From NCBI GenBank assembly GCA_963678065.2, contig CAXXVZ010000003.1, positions 2,208,001-2,272,000 of the forward strand: a stretch of 64,000 nt of DNA. The letters are read 5' to 3'. Below are positions 18,319 through 28,786 of the stretch, in pieces. The notes under the pieces are model-generated. The model had not been told where the DNA came from. It saw only the letters and a list, made by a program, of their open reading frames with translations, and made no database searches. This stretch comes from Treponemataceae bacterium (GTDB lineage: Bacteria; Spirochaetota; Spirochaetia; Treponematales; Rectinemataceae). The position numbers were made by a program, and so were the translations under genes. Position 1 is the first letter of the stretch. Every line of letters starts with the position of its first letter.

Positions 18319-21207
18319 TCAAGACAGAGACGGGGGCTTCGTCGCGGCGGGAGTCTCCCGCCTGTCGGCATCGGCGCCTCCGGGGAGAGGGGCCGCCGGG
18401 ATTCCGGCGTCGGATGCTGCGGCGGCGGATGCCATCCCGGCCCCGGCATTCGTCGCCTGAAGGACAGAGGGTGTCTGTCCCGACTGTTCCGTCTTCAATG
18501 TACTGCTCGACAGGAACTGGCGCGAGCGCGATGCGAGCCAGTCCCGCAGCGAAGGCAGCGTCACCGCCACGAGCCCCGACAATTCTACGGCCACCTCATG
18601 CTCATGCTTGGCAAGAATGAAATCCACGAGGGCGTGGTCGGAGCGGTCGTCCATGACAGCCGCGTAGAGCTCGCTGAACGAGTACTTGCGGGCGTCCTTG
18701 TCGTCCTTGAGGATTCCCATGGGATGGTAGTCGGGGTCCAGGACAGCCTTGAGCGAACTCTCGGTGCGAGGCTCCTCGCGATAGAGGAAGAGCAGATCCA
18801 GGAGGGCGGTGAAACGATCCTCCTGCTCTCCTGAAATGACTCTCGGGATGATCTCCTCGAGATCCCTGCGGCGCAGCCTGAGAATCTTCATATACTTGCT
18901 GCTGCCTTCGATGAATCCAGCCACGAAGTCGGACCATATCTTCGTCTGCACGATGCTGGGAATTCCGAGCAGATCCCCGAGGGGCGCGAAGGCCGTGGCG
19001 AAGGGCCAGGCGATGACGCTCCGGAAGAAGTTGGCCCTGACGACCTTCTTGTCGAAGCCGCGCAGGGTATTGTGCGTCGCGAGATAGAGGCCGTTCGAAA
19101 AGGAGATGAAGAAGAACTTCACCGAATTGAAGAGGATGCCTTCATGTCCCCACGGCCAGACTACATCGAATTTCGCCTTGACGAACCCGAGGATGGGAAC
19201 CGAGAACCCTGTCCAGAAGAGGGAGCGTGCGACATTCCCGAAATTGATGCTCTTGAGGTTCCACTCACTCAGGCGGATACCGCGGTTGGCCACGAGATCG
19301 GCTATCGAGTTCCGGAAGCCTGTGATGAATAGCCAGAGGAAGGCGTAGAACGGGCCTATGAAATAGTTGGCGACGACAAATCCGATGAAGGTGTAGACGA
19401 GGTTGACGATGCCGGGATTCATGTAGCGCCAGGCCCTCGTGATGGGAATGTCGACCGAATCGTTCTCCGGCTCGTCCCCTATCAGGTTCATGGTTCCACC
19501 GGAGATTTTGCCCATGCTGAAGATGACTGGCGCCGAGGCGACCATTTCCTGCGTGACGGGTTTTCCGCCCGCTTCGATCATCGCCGAGATGAAAGCCGGA
19601 AGGGCGACATGGCGCTTGATGTATTTCTGGCGGAACTTTCCGCCGATCCTGTCCTGCCGGATGAAACCCATTCCTGGGATCTTGGGGCTCCGTCCCGTGG
19701 AGTCGCTGCCGCAGACAGGAATGTAGGGGGCCATGCCATCGCGGGAACTTTCAATATTGAGGTCGTTCAGGAAGCGGGCGAACTGGAGTATTTCGTCCGG
19801 GTCGCGGTGGACCGAGTCCTGCATATTGTAGATTTCGATCCGGTCGATTATTCCCCGGCTCTTCTCGAGAAGCTTTTTCGCCTTGTCGAGGCCGTATTCG
19901 AGCGGATGCAGGACTTTGAGCGTGCAGCCCGCCTCCGAGAGTATCGCTTTCATCTTCCCCATGTCGTCGAAGACAGTCTGGTAGTCGCCGATCTTGGGGT
20001 TCGTGAAATACTGCTTCCGCAGCTGGTCGGGGTTAAGTTCGCGGAATTCGTTGCGAAGCCGGGAATAGCGCTCGTCGATTATCCGGAAATCCCACTCGGA
20101 GATCAGCTTCTTCCGGAAATCGCCGCGGGCCTTCTCCATCTGAACCTTCAGGAGGAGGACCCGGTTGAACAGGACGGGCTTGTAATAGGAATACAGGAAC
20201 TCTCCGAGGTGCATGCGGTTGATGCTCGAGAGCGGAATGAAGGCGCTCAGGTTTTTCATCCTCAGCTTGGGCACCGCGTAGAGCTTGTCGCCCGCATAGC
20301 CTTCATTGATCTCTTTCAGTGAAGTCTTGTCGAAGTTTTTCAAAAGACTTCTGACAGCCTCGATCCTGTTGACCTGGTTCCTTTCGAGCCCGTCGAAGAG
20401 CTCCTTGAGTCCCGCCGAATGCTCCTTGAACCAGCGCTCCACGTCCTTGCCGTTCTTGAATGTGGGCAGGAGGGTCATGAAGTGGAAACGCCTGCCCTGG
20501 ACCAGCATGCTGAACTCGAGCCCGATATTGACGCGGATTCCGACAATTCTTCCCGCCTCGATAGCCTCTTCCATCATATCGAGGGAAGCCGCCGAACCGT
20601 AGGCGATGGTCAGCTCCGAAATACCCTTGATGAAAGCGTCGATGAGGAGCTGGGTGGCGTTCTTGCGGCCCGAGGTGGCAGTGTCGTGGACATGTTCGTC
20701 CCAGCCAACATCGAGATTCTTGAGGCGCGAGCCTGTTTCCGGCAACTCGATAATGTTGAGCTCGTCGCAGAGCTTGCGGATGACCTGGTATTGCCCATGG
20801 GAAGAGACAGAGAAATCCTGCAAAAGCTCGAGTTGTCTGCGCCTGTTGCCGCGGTTCTTGACGGCCTCCTTGATGAGGGCCATCTGGACACGCGCCGTAT
20901 TGAGGGGCAGATCGAGAGACTTCGCGTGGAAAGAGACGTCCACCATCAAGCGGAGGGCGCGCAGTCTCGCTTTGGACTGTTTGGACTCAAGATCCCTGAT
21001 GACCATGAGATAGGCTTCCGCGATGGAAATTCGCCGTTTCTTGAACCATCGCGTCACGCCGAGAGGGTGCGAATGAGGGGCGGGCGCGATGGTGTCGGGG
21101 ATGTCTATCTTGGTGTTGAGCTCTCGTCTGAGCTTGTAGAGTTCGGACGAGAAACTGAGCGCATTGACAAGATTTTCGTAGTATCGGTGCAGATCGGGTT
21201 TTTTCAT
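18319..21207 (-). CDS. 962-aa hypothetical protein with a PHP-like (degenerate) metal domain and C-terminal membrane segments
   Basis: Long ORF with host-like codon usage. WDEHVHDT..SG, IGLEFS and VCGSDST motifs; hydrophobic segments near aa 600-770; TTGCGA-17-TATAAT promoter. Confidence 0.8.
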   Translation of the reverse strand: MKKPDLHRYYENLVNALSFSSELYKLRRELNTKIDIPDTIAPAPHSHPLGVTRWFKKRRISIAEAYLMVIRDLESKQSKARLRALRLMVDVSFHAKSLDLPLNTARVQMALIKEAVKNRGNRRRQLELLQDFSVSSHGQYQVIRKLCDELNIIELPETGSRLKNLDVGWDEHVHDTATSGRKNATQLLIDAFIKGISELTIAYGSAASLDMMEEAIEAGRIVGIRVNIGLEFSMLVQGRRFHFMTLLPTFKNGKDVERWFKEHSAGLKELFDGLERNQVNRIEAVRSLLKNFDKTSLKEINEGYAGDKLYAVPKLRMKNLSAFIPLSSINRMHLGEFLYSYYKPVLFNRVLLLKVQMEKARGDFRKKLISEWDFRIIDERYSRLRNEFRELNPDQLRKQYFTNPKIGDYQTVFDDMGKMKAILSEAGCTLKVLHPLEYGLDKAKKLLEKSRGIIDRIEIYNMQDSVHRDPDEILQFARFLNDLNIESSRDGMAPYIPVCGSDSTGRSPKIPGMGFIRQDRIGGKFRQKYIKRHVALPAFISAMIEAGGKPVTQEMVASAPVIFSMGKISGGTMNLIGDEPENDSVDIPITRAWRYMNPGIVNLVYTFIGFVVANYFIGPFYAFLWLFITGFRNSIADLVANRGIRLSEWNLKSINFGNVARSLFWTGFSVPILGFVKAKFDVVWPWGHEGILFNSVKFFFISFSNGLYLATHNTLRGFDKKVVRANFFRSVIAWPFATAFAPLGDLLGIPSIVQTKIWSDFVAGFIEGSSKYMKILRLRRRDLEEIIPRVISGEQEDRFTALLDLLFLYREEPRTESSLKAVLDPDYHPMGILKDDKDARKYSFSELYAAVMDDRSDHALVDFILAKHEHEVAVELSGLVAVTLPSLRDWLASRSRQFLSSSTLKTEQSGQTPSVLQATNAGAGMASAAAASDAGIPAAPLPGGADADRRETPAATKPPSLS

Positions 21208-21282
21208 GCCATCCTTCAGTATAAAAGAGGAATTATACCCGGATGCGATCGGATTCGCAATTATGAATCGCCAAGAACGTTT

Positions 21283-22152
21283 TCAGGAATCTGTTTTCGT
21301 CTCGATCCGGGCCATCTCATAGCCGGCGCGGGTTATCTCCAGCGCTCCGAAAACATGCCTCGAGACGGTCTCCTTCTCCTTCAGGAAAAGCATGTTGATG
21401 AGAATCTGGAGACTGGTGACAAGTCCGACATAGGAGTTGGTCATGACGAGGGAGTTGCTCTCGCAGCGGACCACGGTGTTGGCGAAGTGGTAGGCGGGGC
21501 AGCGGGGCGAATCGGTGAAGAGAATCAAGCGCGCGCCTCTCTGCTGCGCATGGCTCGCCACATGGGCGACCTCTCCGGAATAGGGCGAAAAATCCGCGGC
21601 GAAGACGATGTCGCCCGCCGCGCATGTGTTGAAGCGGCAGGAGTAGTCGACGACAGCACCCTTCAGCGTAATCACTTCCTTGGGAATGGTGCACGCGAAG
21701 GAGAAGGAGAGCATGTCCATTATATAACTGCTGAGTCCGAAGCCGCAGGTGTATATCTTTCCGGCGCCCAGTATTCCCTCGATGATGGAGTTCATGGTTT
21801 CGAGATCGAGCCCGGCGAGGGTGTTTTTTAGATTGATCTCCTCGTTTTCGCGGAGGACCTTGAACTGGAGATCCTGCGGCAGGGGCTCGAGTTCCTCCGG
21901 CCCGATCCTGTCATTCCGGCCTAGCTGTTGTCTGAGCTCATCCTGGAGCGCTTTTTTCAGGTCGGCGTATCCATCGAATCCGAGCGACTTGGTGAAGCGC
22001 ACGATGGACGCGGTGCTGACGCCTATTTTTTCGCTGAGGCTGTATATCGACAGGAAGCCCACCCCCTGATGGTTCTCCATGATGTATATGGCTATCTTGC
22101 GATAAATGGGAGGCATGGACGACAATGCGGCCTCTATCGTTTCCAGTATCAT
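21283..22152 (-). CDS. MurR/RpiR family transcriptional regulator (HTH + SIS)
   Basis: GVSTASIVRFTKSLGFDGYADLK, IYTCGFGLS, FSPYS, FTDSPRCP. Confidence 0.92.
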   Translation of the reverse strand: MILETIEAALSSMPPIYRKIAIYIMENHQGVGFLSIYSLSEKIGVSTASIVRFTKSLGFDGYADLKKALQDELRQQLGRNDRIGPEELEPLPQDLQFKVLRENEEINLKNTLAGLDLETMNSIIEGILGAGKIYTCGFGLSSYIMDMLSFSFACTIPKEVITLKGAVVDYSCRFNTCAAGDIVFAADFSPYSGEVAHVASHAQQRGARLILFTDSPRCPAYHFANTVVRCESNSLVMTNSYVGLVTSLQILINMLFLKEKETVSRHVFGALEITRAGYEMARIETKTDS

Positions 22153-22219
22153 GCTAAATCCTTTCCGATAATCAGTTCGCGCGCAGCGAGTTACTTTGAA
22201 GCAGATCGTTAAGGAAATA

Positions 22220-22249
22220 ATAGTAAGGCTTGGGCGGGAATTCGGTCAA
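22220..22249 (-). promoter_or_regulatory. Sigma70-type promoter of the RpiR gene
   Basis: TTGACC (22249-22244), 18-bp spacer, TACTAT (22225-22220). Confidence 0.6.
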
Positions 22250-22374
22250 GATATCAAAAATTCAATATTATATTTTCAAAACGTAAAAATACACTGTACT
22301 CCTTACCGGGGCGGAAGGGTCCTGCCCCGGTCGGTCCACCCCGGGGCATGAACGGTTCTGTACAAACGGGAAAC

Positions 22375-24492
22375 CTAGCGCGCGAGCGAGTATCCGGTCA
22401 GCGAGGACAGTTTCTGGAGCTTTTCCGCGATGCGCTTCTCGCTCTGAGCCAAGAGCAGGGACGCATCGGAGGCGGCCTTGGCCACCGACGCGACGATCGG
22501 AGCCCTGGCGGAATTCTTCCCGAGATCTGCCGCGAACTCGTCGAATGGGGTCGGCCGTGGAAGTTGAAGGGCGAGGCGCCGGCGGATCGGGCCGATGGAA
22601 GAATCGGCCGTGTCGAGGAACTGCTTCTCGTAAGGTCTGGCTTCGTCAGGCAGCCCTGCGAGGATTTCACGGACCGTGAGACTGAGGGGCTTGCCCTTGT
22701 TGTCGACCGTGACTTTACGTCCGAGAGCGGATTCCAGATCTTTGGCGGCCTCCTCCAGCCCGCCGGCTGTCTGATCCATGCCCGTGGCCAGGGAATCGGC
22801 GGCTGACTGGACCGAAGTGGAGCGGAACAGCTCGTCGGTGGCCGATTCAGCGGAATCGAAGGCGCCGTTCATCGACCGCAATCCTTTCTGAAGGGAGGCC
22901 GTCTCGCGCGAAAGATCCCGCAGGTTCTCAAGCCCGTCCCTGAAATCGGATTCAGACTTCAGGGTCGAAATGCCATCCGCAATCTTGCCATAGGCTGAAG
23001 CGAGGCGTCCCAGAGTGAGCTTCATACCTTCTATGGTCCCTTTGGTTCTGTCCGTGACGGTTTTCAGGTCCGTGATCGCGGTCTTCAAAGGAAGGAGAGA
23101 AGGTTTTTCCGCGCTTCCCGCCGCGATTTCGCCTGTGGCGGAGACTTCGCCTCTGGCGACGGCTCCGACCTTGGTCGCGGATTCGAGAAGCGGAGCAAAA
23201 CCGGCCGCAAGCTCGGCGACTGGCCTCGCGAGGGATGTCCCGGCGGCAAGCTCCGAAAGATTTTTCAGGACGGCAGAGGTTTTTGGCTCCAGAGCGGCTA
23301 TCTTCGTGGCGATGGCCTGGGCCTTGTCGATCTGCGAGAGCGAGAGGTCGACTTTGTAGGAAATAGAGGTGATCCGGCCGTACAGTCTGGCCATTTCGTT
23401 GCCGGCGTCGGAGAGGAAAGGACGCATCCCCGCGAGCTCCCCGTTCACCGAGATCATGTAGATCCGCTTGGTCGTATCCAGGTAATTGGGCACCCATTTC
23501 TGGGCCTCGCGGTAGGCTGCGATAGCGCCGTCCGGGTCCGGCCGCCCCGCGCTATCCTCGATATTCCTTCCAAGGCGGTAATAACGGTCGGCGAGCCTTT
23601 CCTTGACTCGGGGCAGACGCCAGAGGGCATCCGTCTGGGTCGGATTCCAGGTCAGGGCTTCCTCGTAGAGCTTCACTGCCTGCTTGAGGCTGTCGGTCTG
23701 GTCCTTGTACTCCTCCGTCGTTCCCTCGGATGCGAACACATCCGCGAGGCGAAGGGAATAAGACTTGAGCCCGTCGCGGGCCTTGGCGTTGGCGGGCTCG
23801 AAATCGAGAGCCAGCTTGTACGCTTCGATCGCACTTTTCAGCTCGCCGGTATCGTAGGACTGAGCGAAGCGCTGCGCGTAGTTCAGACAGGCTGAAGCCG
23901 CTCCGGCGCGGGCCTGGAAGCGGACATCGGCCGATTCATCGGCGTAGTCGTTGATGGCCGACCCGAAGGCGGATTTTGCCGCCGCGATCTTGCCGTGCGC
24001 TATTTCGTCGAAGCCGAGGGCAAAAAACGCGTCGAAGGCCTTCGATTTTTCGGCTTTCAGCTGACTCGAGTAGTCCCGGATCACGGTGGTCCATTCCCAT
24101 TTTCCCGAGGGATCCTTGAACGGCAAAGAGAGGGAACCGAGAGCGGAATGTATCTGGACAAGGAGCGAATAGATGCGGACTCTGCGCGCCAGGGTCTTCG
24201 GATCTGCGGACTTCTCGGCCGCTGCGAGCTCGGCGAGGGCCCCCGATTGCGCCTGGTCGAAGTTGTCCCGCAGGAATTCCTGGGCCTGGATGAGTTTAGG
24301 ATCGAGTTTGACAGAATCGATCGCGTAGAGGATAGCCTCGAGATTCCGGCCTTCGGACAATGCCCTCCTCGCGTCGTTCAGGGCGCTGCCTCCTTTGGAA
24401 AAAACGACGGCGAGACTCGCGCAACCCGCGAAGGCCGAAAGCAGGAGACCAGCCATGAGCACAGCCACAAGGCCAGAACCGATCTTTTTCAT
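22375..24492 (-). CDS. Lipoprotein with TPR-like repeats and a long coiled-coil C-terminus
   Basis: Lipobox 'LSAFAG-C'; TPR-like units 'AIEAYKLALDFEP', 'AVKLYEEALTWNP', 'AIAAYREAQKWVP'; Ala/Leu heptad-rich C-half. Confidence 0.75.
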   Translation of the reverse strand: MKKIGSGLVAVLMAGLLLSAFAGCASLAVVFSKGGSALNDARRALSEGRNLEAILYAIDSVKLDPKLIQAQEFLRDNFDQAQSGALAELAAAEKSADPKTLARRVRIYSLLVQIHSALGSLSLPFKDPSGKWEWTTVIRDYSSQLKAEKSKAFDAFFALGFDEIAHGKIAAAKSAFGSAINDYADESADVRFQARAGAASACLNYAQRFAQSYDTGELKSAIEAYKLALDFEPANAKARDGLKSYSLRLADVFASEGTTEEYKDQTDSLKQAVKLYEEALTWNPTQTDALWRLPRVKERLADRYYRLGRNIEDSAGRPDPDGAIAAYREAQKWVPNYLDTTKRIYMISVNGELAGMRPFLSDAGNEMARLYGRITSISYKVDLSLSQIDKAQAIATKIAALEPKTSAVLKNLSELAAGTSLARPVAELAAGFAPLLESATKVGAVARGEVSATGEIAAGSAEKPSLLPLKTAITDLKTVTDRTKGTIEGMKLTLGRLASAYGKIADGISTLKSESDFRDGLENLRDLSRETASLQKGLRSMNGAFDSAESATDELFRSTSVQSAADSLATGMDQTAGGLEEAAKDLESALGRKVTVDNKGKPLSLTVREILAGLPDEARPYEKQFLDTADSSIGPIRRRLALQLPRPTPFDEFAADLGKNSARAPIVASVAKAASDASLLLAQSEKRIAEKLQKLSSLTGYSLAR

Positions 24493-24688
24493 CGGGGCAC
24501 CTCCGAGAGAATCATGAATACTACCTTACTATACACCCGATCTCCGGAATTTTCATGAAGAGCTTTCGGGGAAAACATTCTCAGGCTTTTCTCCGCGGAG
24601 TATTGTCCGGGAGCCCGGCCGGCCCGGAGAATCCAGTCCCGCGCCCCCTTTGAATCCCCTGCCTCCTCGGATATCATTCGACATCGTC

Positions 24689-25978
24689 ATGGAACACTAC
24701 GACATCGTCATAATCGGATCGGGACCGGCCGGACTCGGCGCGGCCTTCGAACTCGTCTCGCGCAATCCTTCCCTATCGATCCTCATGCTGGACAAGACTG
24801 AACACTCATCGGGCGGTCTGCGCAACGACTGCAAGATGAACTTCTCCTGGCCCATCGGCTTCCCTGAGACAAGCTGGACGCAGAACCAGGCCTCTGCCTA
24901 TCTCGAACGGGTCGAGGCATTCCTCCAGCCCCGGATCATGGAGCGGCGCAATCTCGGGGTCTACTCGCGCAGAGCGGAAAAAATCGGCGTACGGCTCCTC
25001 GAGATCCGTCAATCCCACCTCGGGACGGATGGCGGGCTCGAACTCATCGTGAGCCTGATGGCGCGGCTTTCGTCGGCCGGAGTCGCCCTCGCCCTCGGAG
25101 AGAAGGCGCTCGGACTCGACGCGGAAAAGCGGGTTCTGACGACGCAGACCCGTGAGCTCTCCTACACCGACCTCGTCGTCGCGCCTGGGCGCGGCGGCTT
25201 CTCCTACCTGCAGGATCTCATGACTCAGGCAGGCATCGAGTTCACCGACAACGCCGTCGATGTCGGCATCCGGATCGAGACGCGCGAGGCCCACTACCCC
25301 ATCGTCGCTGATTACTACGATCCGAAATTTCTTTTTCCGAAAAAGGTGAGAACCTTCTGTACGAACTCGCGCGCGGCCCACGTGGTGCAGGAAAAATACG
25401 AGGGAGATCACGGCAAGCCCTGGTATTCGGTGAACGGTCACGCCTGGTCGGGCGCCAGACCCGCCAACGGGCTCGTCAATTTCGCCATGCTGAAGACGGT
25501 GACCCTGACCGAGCCCCTCGCCTCGGGCCAGGCATACGCGCGCATGCTGGGCATCCAGGCATCGCTCCTCGGTGGCGGGAAGCCGATCATGCAGCGGGTG
25601 GGCGACTTCAGGCTGGGCAAGAGATCCTTCGCGCACTCGTTCACGGGCGATCTCTACGATTTCGAGCCGACGCTGCCCTCGGCCACTCCGGGCGACATCG
25701 GACTCAGCGCCCCGGCCAAGGTCCTTCGCTCGCTGTGGAACGCGATGAAGCTCCTCGACACGGTCGTGCCGGGGCTTCTGCACCCGAGCACGATCATGTA
25801 CTACCCGGAGATCAAACTCTACGCCAACCGGCCTATCTTCATCGATGACCATTTCATGGCGCGCCCCGGACTCTACCTCATCGGCGATGGAGCGGGCACG
25901 AGCCGCGGCATAACAGCGGCCTGGGCTTCGGGACTTCGGGCCGCGGACGGCATACTCGCGCGGCGAAACCGGGACTAA
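24689..25978 (+). CDS. NAD(P)/FAD-dependent oxidoreductase (uncharacterised FAD dehydrogenase family)
   Basis: IIGSGPAGL, SHLGTD, VAPGRGG, RTFCTN, YYPEIK, IGDGAGTSRG. Confidence 0.85.
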   Translation: MEHYDIVIIGSGPAGLGAAFELVSRNPSLSILMLDKTEHSSGGLRNDCKMNFSWPIGFPETSWTQNQASAYLERVEAFLQPRIMERRNLGVYSRRAEKIGVRLLEIRQSHLGTDGGLELIVSLMARLSSAGVALALGEKALGLDAEKRVLTTQTRELSYTDLVVAPGRGGFSYLQDLMTQAGIEFTDNAVDVGIRIETREAHYPIVADYYDPKFLFPKKVRTFCTNSRAAHVVQEKYEGDHGKPWYSVNGHAWSGARPANGLVNFAMLKTVTLTEPLASGQAYARMLGIQASLLGGGKPIMQRVGDFRLGKRSFAHSFTGDLYDFEPTLPSATPGDIGLSAPAKVLRSLWNAMKLLDTVVPGLLHPSTIMYYPEIKLYANRPIFIDDHFMARPGLYLIGDGAGTSRGITAAWASGLRAADGILARRNRD

Positions 25979-26004
25979 AGCGGGACGGGATTGTCCGGCG
26001 AAGC

Positions 26005-26226
26005 CTATTTGGCCTTCTTCCCGGGGAAGAAATTGTTGATGATCCAGACCCTGTTGAAATAGAGGTGTACCAGGATCGAAGCCCCGAACAGGAGCCCGTT
26101 GGCTTCGTGCAGCTCGTACGCGAAAGATAGACCGGAAAATTTCATGACGGGGATAGTGATGAATTGCGCGAGAAGCAGAAAGAACACCACAGGATTCACG
26201 TACACGAGTGGATTTGTTTTTTTCAC
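26005..26226 (-). CDS. Small membrane protein with paired His (DUF4405 / cytochrome-b-like)
   Basis: GTG start after GGAG; 'ELHEANG...LVHLYFN..W' His pair 14 residues apart. Confidence 0.65.
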   Translation of the reverse strand: MKKTNPLVYVNPVVFFLLLAQFITIPVMKFSGLSFAYELHEANGLLFGASILVHLYFNRVWIINNFFPGKKAK

Positions 26227-26290
26227 GACGACACTCCGATTCAGGACAAGATGAACTTGAAGAGGGCCTCACGGTCCCCAGTGAGCACAG

Positions 26291-27682
26291 TCATTTCTTG
26301 GATGAAAGGATCTTCAGCACCTTTTTCTCATCATAGCGCAGGAAAGCCAATAGTCCCAGTACGCAGAAGCCGACCGCCGCGACCGCGGAGAGCCTGATCC
26401 CGAGCGGATTGTCGACGCTCTTGCCGAGCAGAAGCAGCGAGGGAAAGAGCAGGTTGGCGAGCGAAATCCCCATCTTCATCATGAAAGTCCGGGCCCCGAA
26501 GAAAATTCCCGCCTTGTAGTCGCCGGTCTCGATGCCGTGGCTCTCGGCTATGTCCGCCACGATCGCGTTTGGCAGGATGCCGAAAATGGCGAGCGGGATC
26601 GACGCGAGGGCTATGGCCACCCAGGCCTGGGCCGCATTGGGCAGCGGCAGCCAGCCGAAGAGGAATACGAGGACGAACACTGCGGCGAACAGGCCGAAGG
26701 CGAATACGACGACAGGCTTCTTTCCGAGCTTCCGCGCGGCTATGGTCGTTGGCGCGTAGAACAGGAAGGACAGGACGAACATCACGAGGGCGAGGAAGGA
26801 GGGAAGGCTTTCCGAGAGCCCCAGAAGCGTGATGATGAAGTAGGGCATGCCCATCTGTATGAAGTTGAGCGCGACCCAGTAAGGCAGATCAGAGGCGACG
26901 AACCAGCGGAAATTCCGATTGCGGAAGGTCGACTTGACTGCCTCGATGACACCTTCGTTGACGGCGTGGACTTCGGCGTACTTGTGCTCATCGATGAAGA
27001 TGACAGGCAGCATCATGAGCAGCGCGGAGATGAATTCGAAAAACCCGACGACGGCCTGGAAGGATTTCGCGGCGTCGAGGTGGAACATCGATCCGAATAC
27101 GGGCATGAGGGCGTAGGTCTGGTTGCCGATCGCGAAACCGAGGGCCCAGGTCACCGAGATCGCCGTGGAGATGCCCAGCCTTTCGTCCGGCGTGTGGCCG
27201 AGCTCGGAAATCAAAGCGTTGTAGGGCGTGCAGTACATCGTGATGAACAGGTAATACAGAGTGATCGTGACGATGAGCCAGAGGGCGTTCAGAGTCTGAC
27301 CGGAGGCCGTCGATCCGCCTGCGATGGGCAGGAAGACGAGAAAAGCGAAGAGGGCCGTCGGAATTGCCGAGAAGGCGAGGAAGACGCGTCGCCTGCCCAT
27401 CCTGGCCCGGGAACGATCCGACAGATTCGCCACGATCGGGTCGGTTATCGCGTCCCAGATCCTGCCGCCGGCGTTGATGAGGCCGATGGCGGTCGCGATG
27501 CCGAGCACGGCGCCCTGAAAGATGAAGGTCGGGAAGAGAGCCGCCTGGCCGGCTTTCTCCGGCGGCAGGAAAAAGAAGGTGAGCGCATTCGAGACGCTCC
27601 ACGAGGCGAGGGACCAGCCGAGTTGGCCGAGGGCGAAAACGATGAGTTTCCAGCCGGGCAGTTTTTCAGCTTTGGGGGACAT
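26291..27682 (-). CDS. MFS transporter, glycoside-pentoside-hexuronide (MelB/GPH) family
   Basis: IWDAITDP...LSDRSRARMGRRR, PYNALISEL, IVADIAE, about 12 TM segments. Confidence 0.9.
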   Translation of the reverse strand: MSPKAEKLPGWKLIVFALGQLGWSLASWSVSNALTFFFLPPEKAGQAALFPTFIFQGAVLGIATAIGLINAGGRIWDAITDPIVANLSDRSRARMGRRRVFLAFSAIPTALFAFLVFLPIAGGSTASGQTLNALWLIVTITLYYLFITMYCTPYNALISELGHTPDERLGISTAISVTWALGFAIGNQTYALMPVFGSMFHLDAAKSFQAVVGFFEFISALLMMLPVIFIDEHKYAEVHAVNEGVIEAVKSTFRNRNFRWFVASDLPYWVALNFIQMGMPYFIITLLGLSESLPSFLALVMFVLSFLFYAPTTIAARKLGKKPVVVFAFGLFAAVFVLVFLFGWLPLPNAAQAWVAIALASIPLAIFGILPNAIVADIAESHGIETGDYKAGIFFGARTFMMKMGISLANLLFPSLLLLGKSVDNPLGIRLSAVAAVGFCVLGLLAFLRYDEKKVLKILSSKK

Positions 27683-27856
27683 GTGACCATCCTTTCCTTC
27701 GTCGGTCTTCTTCGCAAAAATATTCTATATGCGGACAGGATCGCCGAACAAGCCGCGGTGCATGCGACCTTTCTGCCTGAGGCAAGTTAGCCTCCCCTCA
27801 CTTTTCCCCTTCGTCCATTGAGAGGCCTCATCCTCCCGTGATATTTTTAGCGGCCA

Positions 27857-28786
27857 ATGAAAACCATGAACGACCGCGCCTCACTCCTGAAGCGGGCATC
27901 CATCATCGCCCTTGCGGGCAACACAGTGCTCGCCGGCGCCAAAATCACGACCGGCCTTCTGGCGGGAAGCCTCGCCGTCCTCTCCGACGGCGTCGATTCC
28001 GCCACCGACATCGTCATCGCCATCATGAGCCTGTTCGCCTCGAAGATATCCTCGCTGCCCGGAGACAAAGAACATCCCTACGGGCACGCCCGCGCGGAGA
28101 CGATCGCGACGACAGTCCTCTCCTTCATCGTGTTTTACGCGGGACTCCAGCTTCTGATCACGGCCGCGGGCAGCCTCCTTGGCGGCGAAAAAGCGGAGCT
28201 GCCGGGCAGGGCGGCCCTCGTTGTGACTATCGTTTCGATCGCGGGCAAGCTCGCCCTCGCGTGGAGCCAGTTTCACTACGCGAAGAAGACCGGCTCGGCC
28301 ATGCTCAGGGCGAACGGCACAAACATGCGGGGCGACGTCGTCACTTCCTGCGCGGTCCTTGTCGGACTCGGCTTCACCTTCATCCTGGGCATCCCCGTCA
28401 TAGACCGGATTCTCGCCCTCCTCGTCTCGCTGTGGATTCTCAAGAACGCGATCGGCATCTTCATGGAAGCCAACGCCGAACTCATGGAGGGCACCTCGGA
28501 GCACGGAATTTACGAACTCGTCTTCGAGGCGGTGGCCGCGGTGCCCCAGGCCGGCAACCCGCACAGGACGCGCATCCGGAAGCTCGGCACGAATCTCATC
28601 GCCGATCTCGATATCGAAGTGGATCCCTCGATGACGGTGGCCCAGGCGCACGGTGTGGCCCTCCTCGTGGAGTCTTCAATAAAAACGAGGATACCCGACA
28701 TCTACGATGTGATCGTCCACATCGAGCCCGTGGGCAACGACGAGGAAGAGCGCTTCGGTCTCTCTCCGGAATCGAAGGGCGCCTGA
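27857..28786 (+). CDS. Cation diffusion facilitator (FieF-like) transporter
   Basis: GSLAVLSDGVDSATD, HPYGHARAE, RGD, C-terminal 'QAH...VIVHIEP'. Confidence 0.92.
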   Translation: MKTMNDRASLLKRASIIALAGNTVLAGAKITTGLLAGSLAVLSDGVDSATDIVIAIMSLFASKISSLPGDKEHPYGHARAETIATTVLSFIVFYAGLQLLITAAGSLLGGEKAELPGRAALVVTIVSIAGKLALAWSQFHYAKKTGSAMLRANGTNMRGDVVTSCAVLVGLGFTFILGIPVIDRILALLVSLWILKNAIGIFMEANAELMEGTSEHGIYELVFEAVAAVPQAGNPHRTRIRKLGTNLIADLDIEVDPSMTVAQAHGVALLVESSIKTRIPDIYDVIVHIEPVGNDEEERFGLSPESKGA

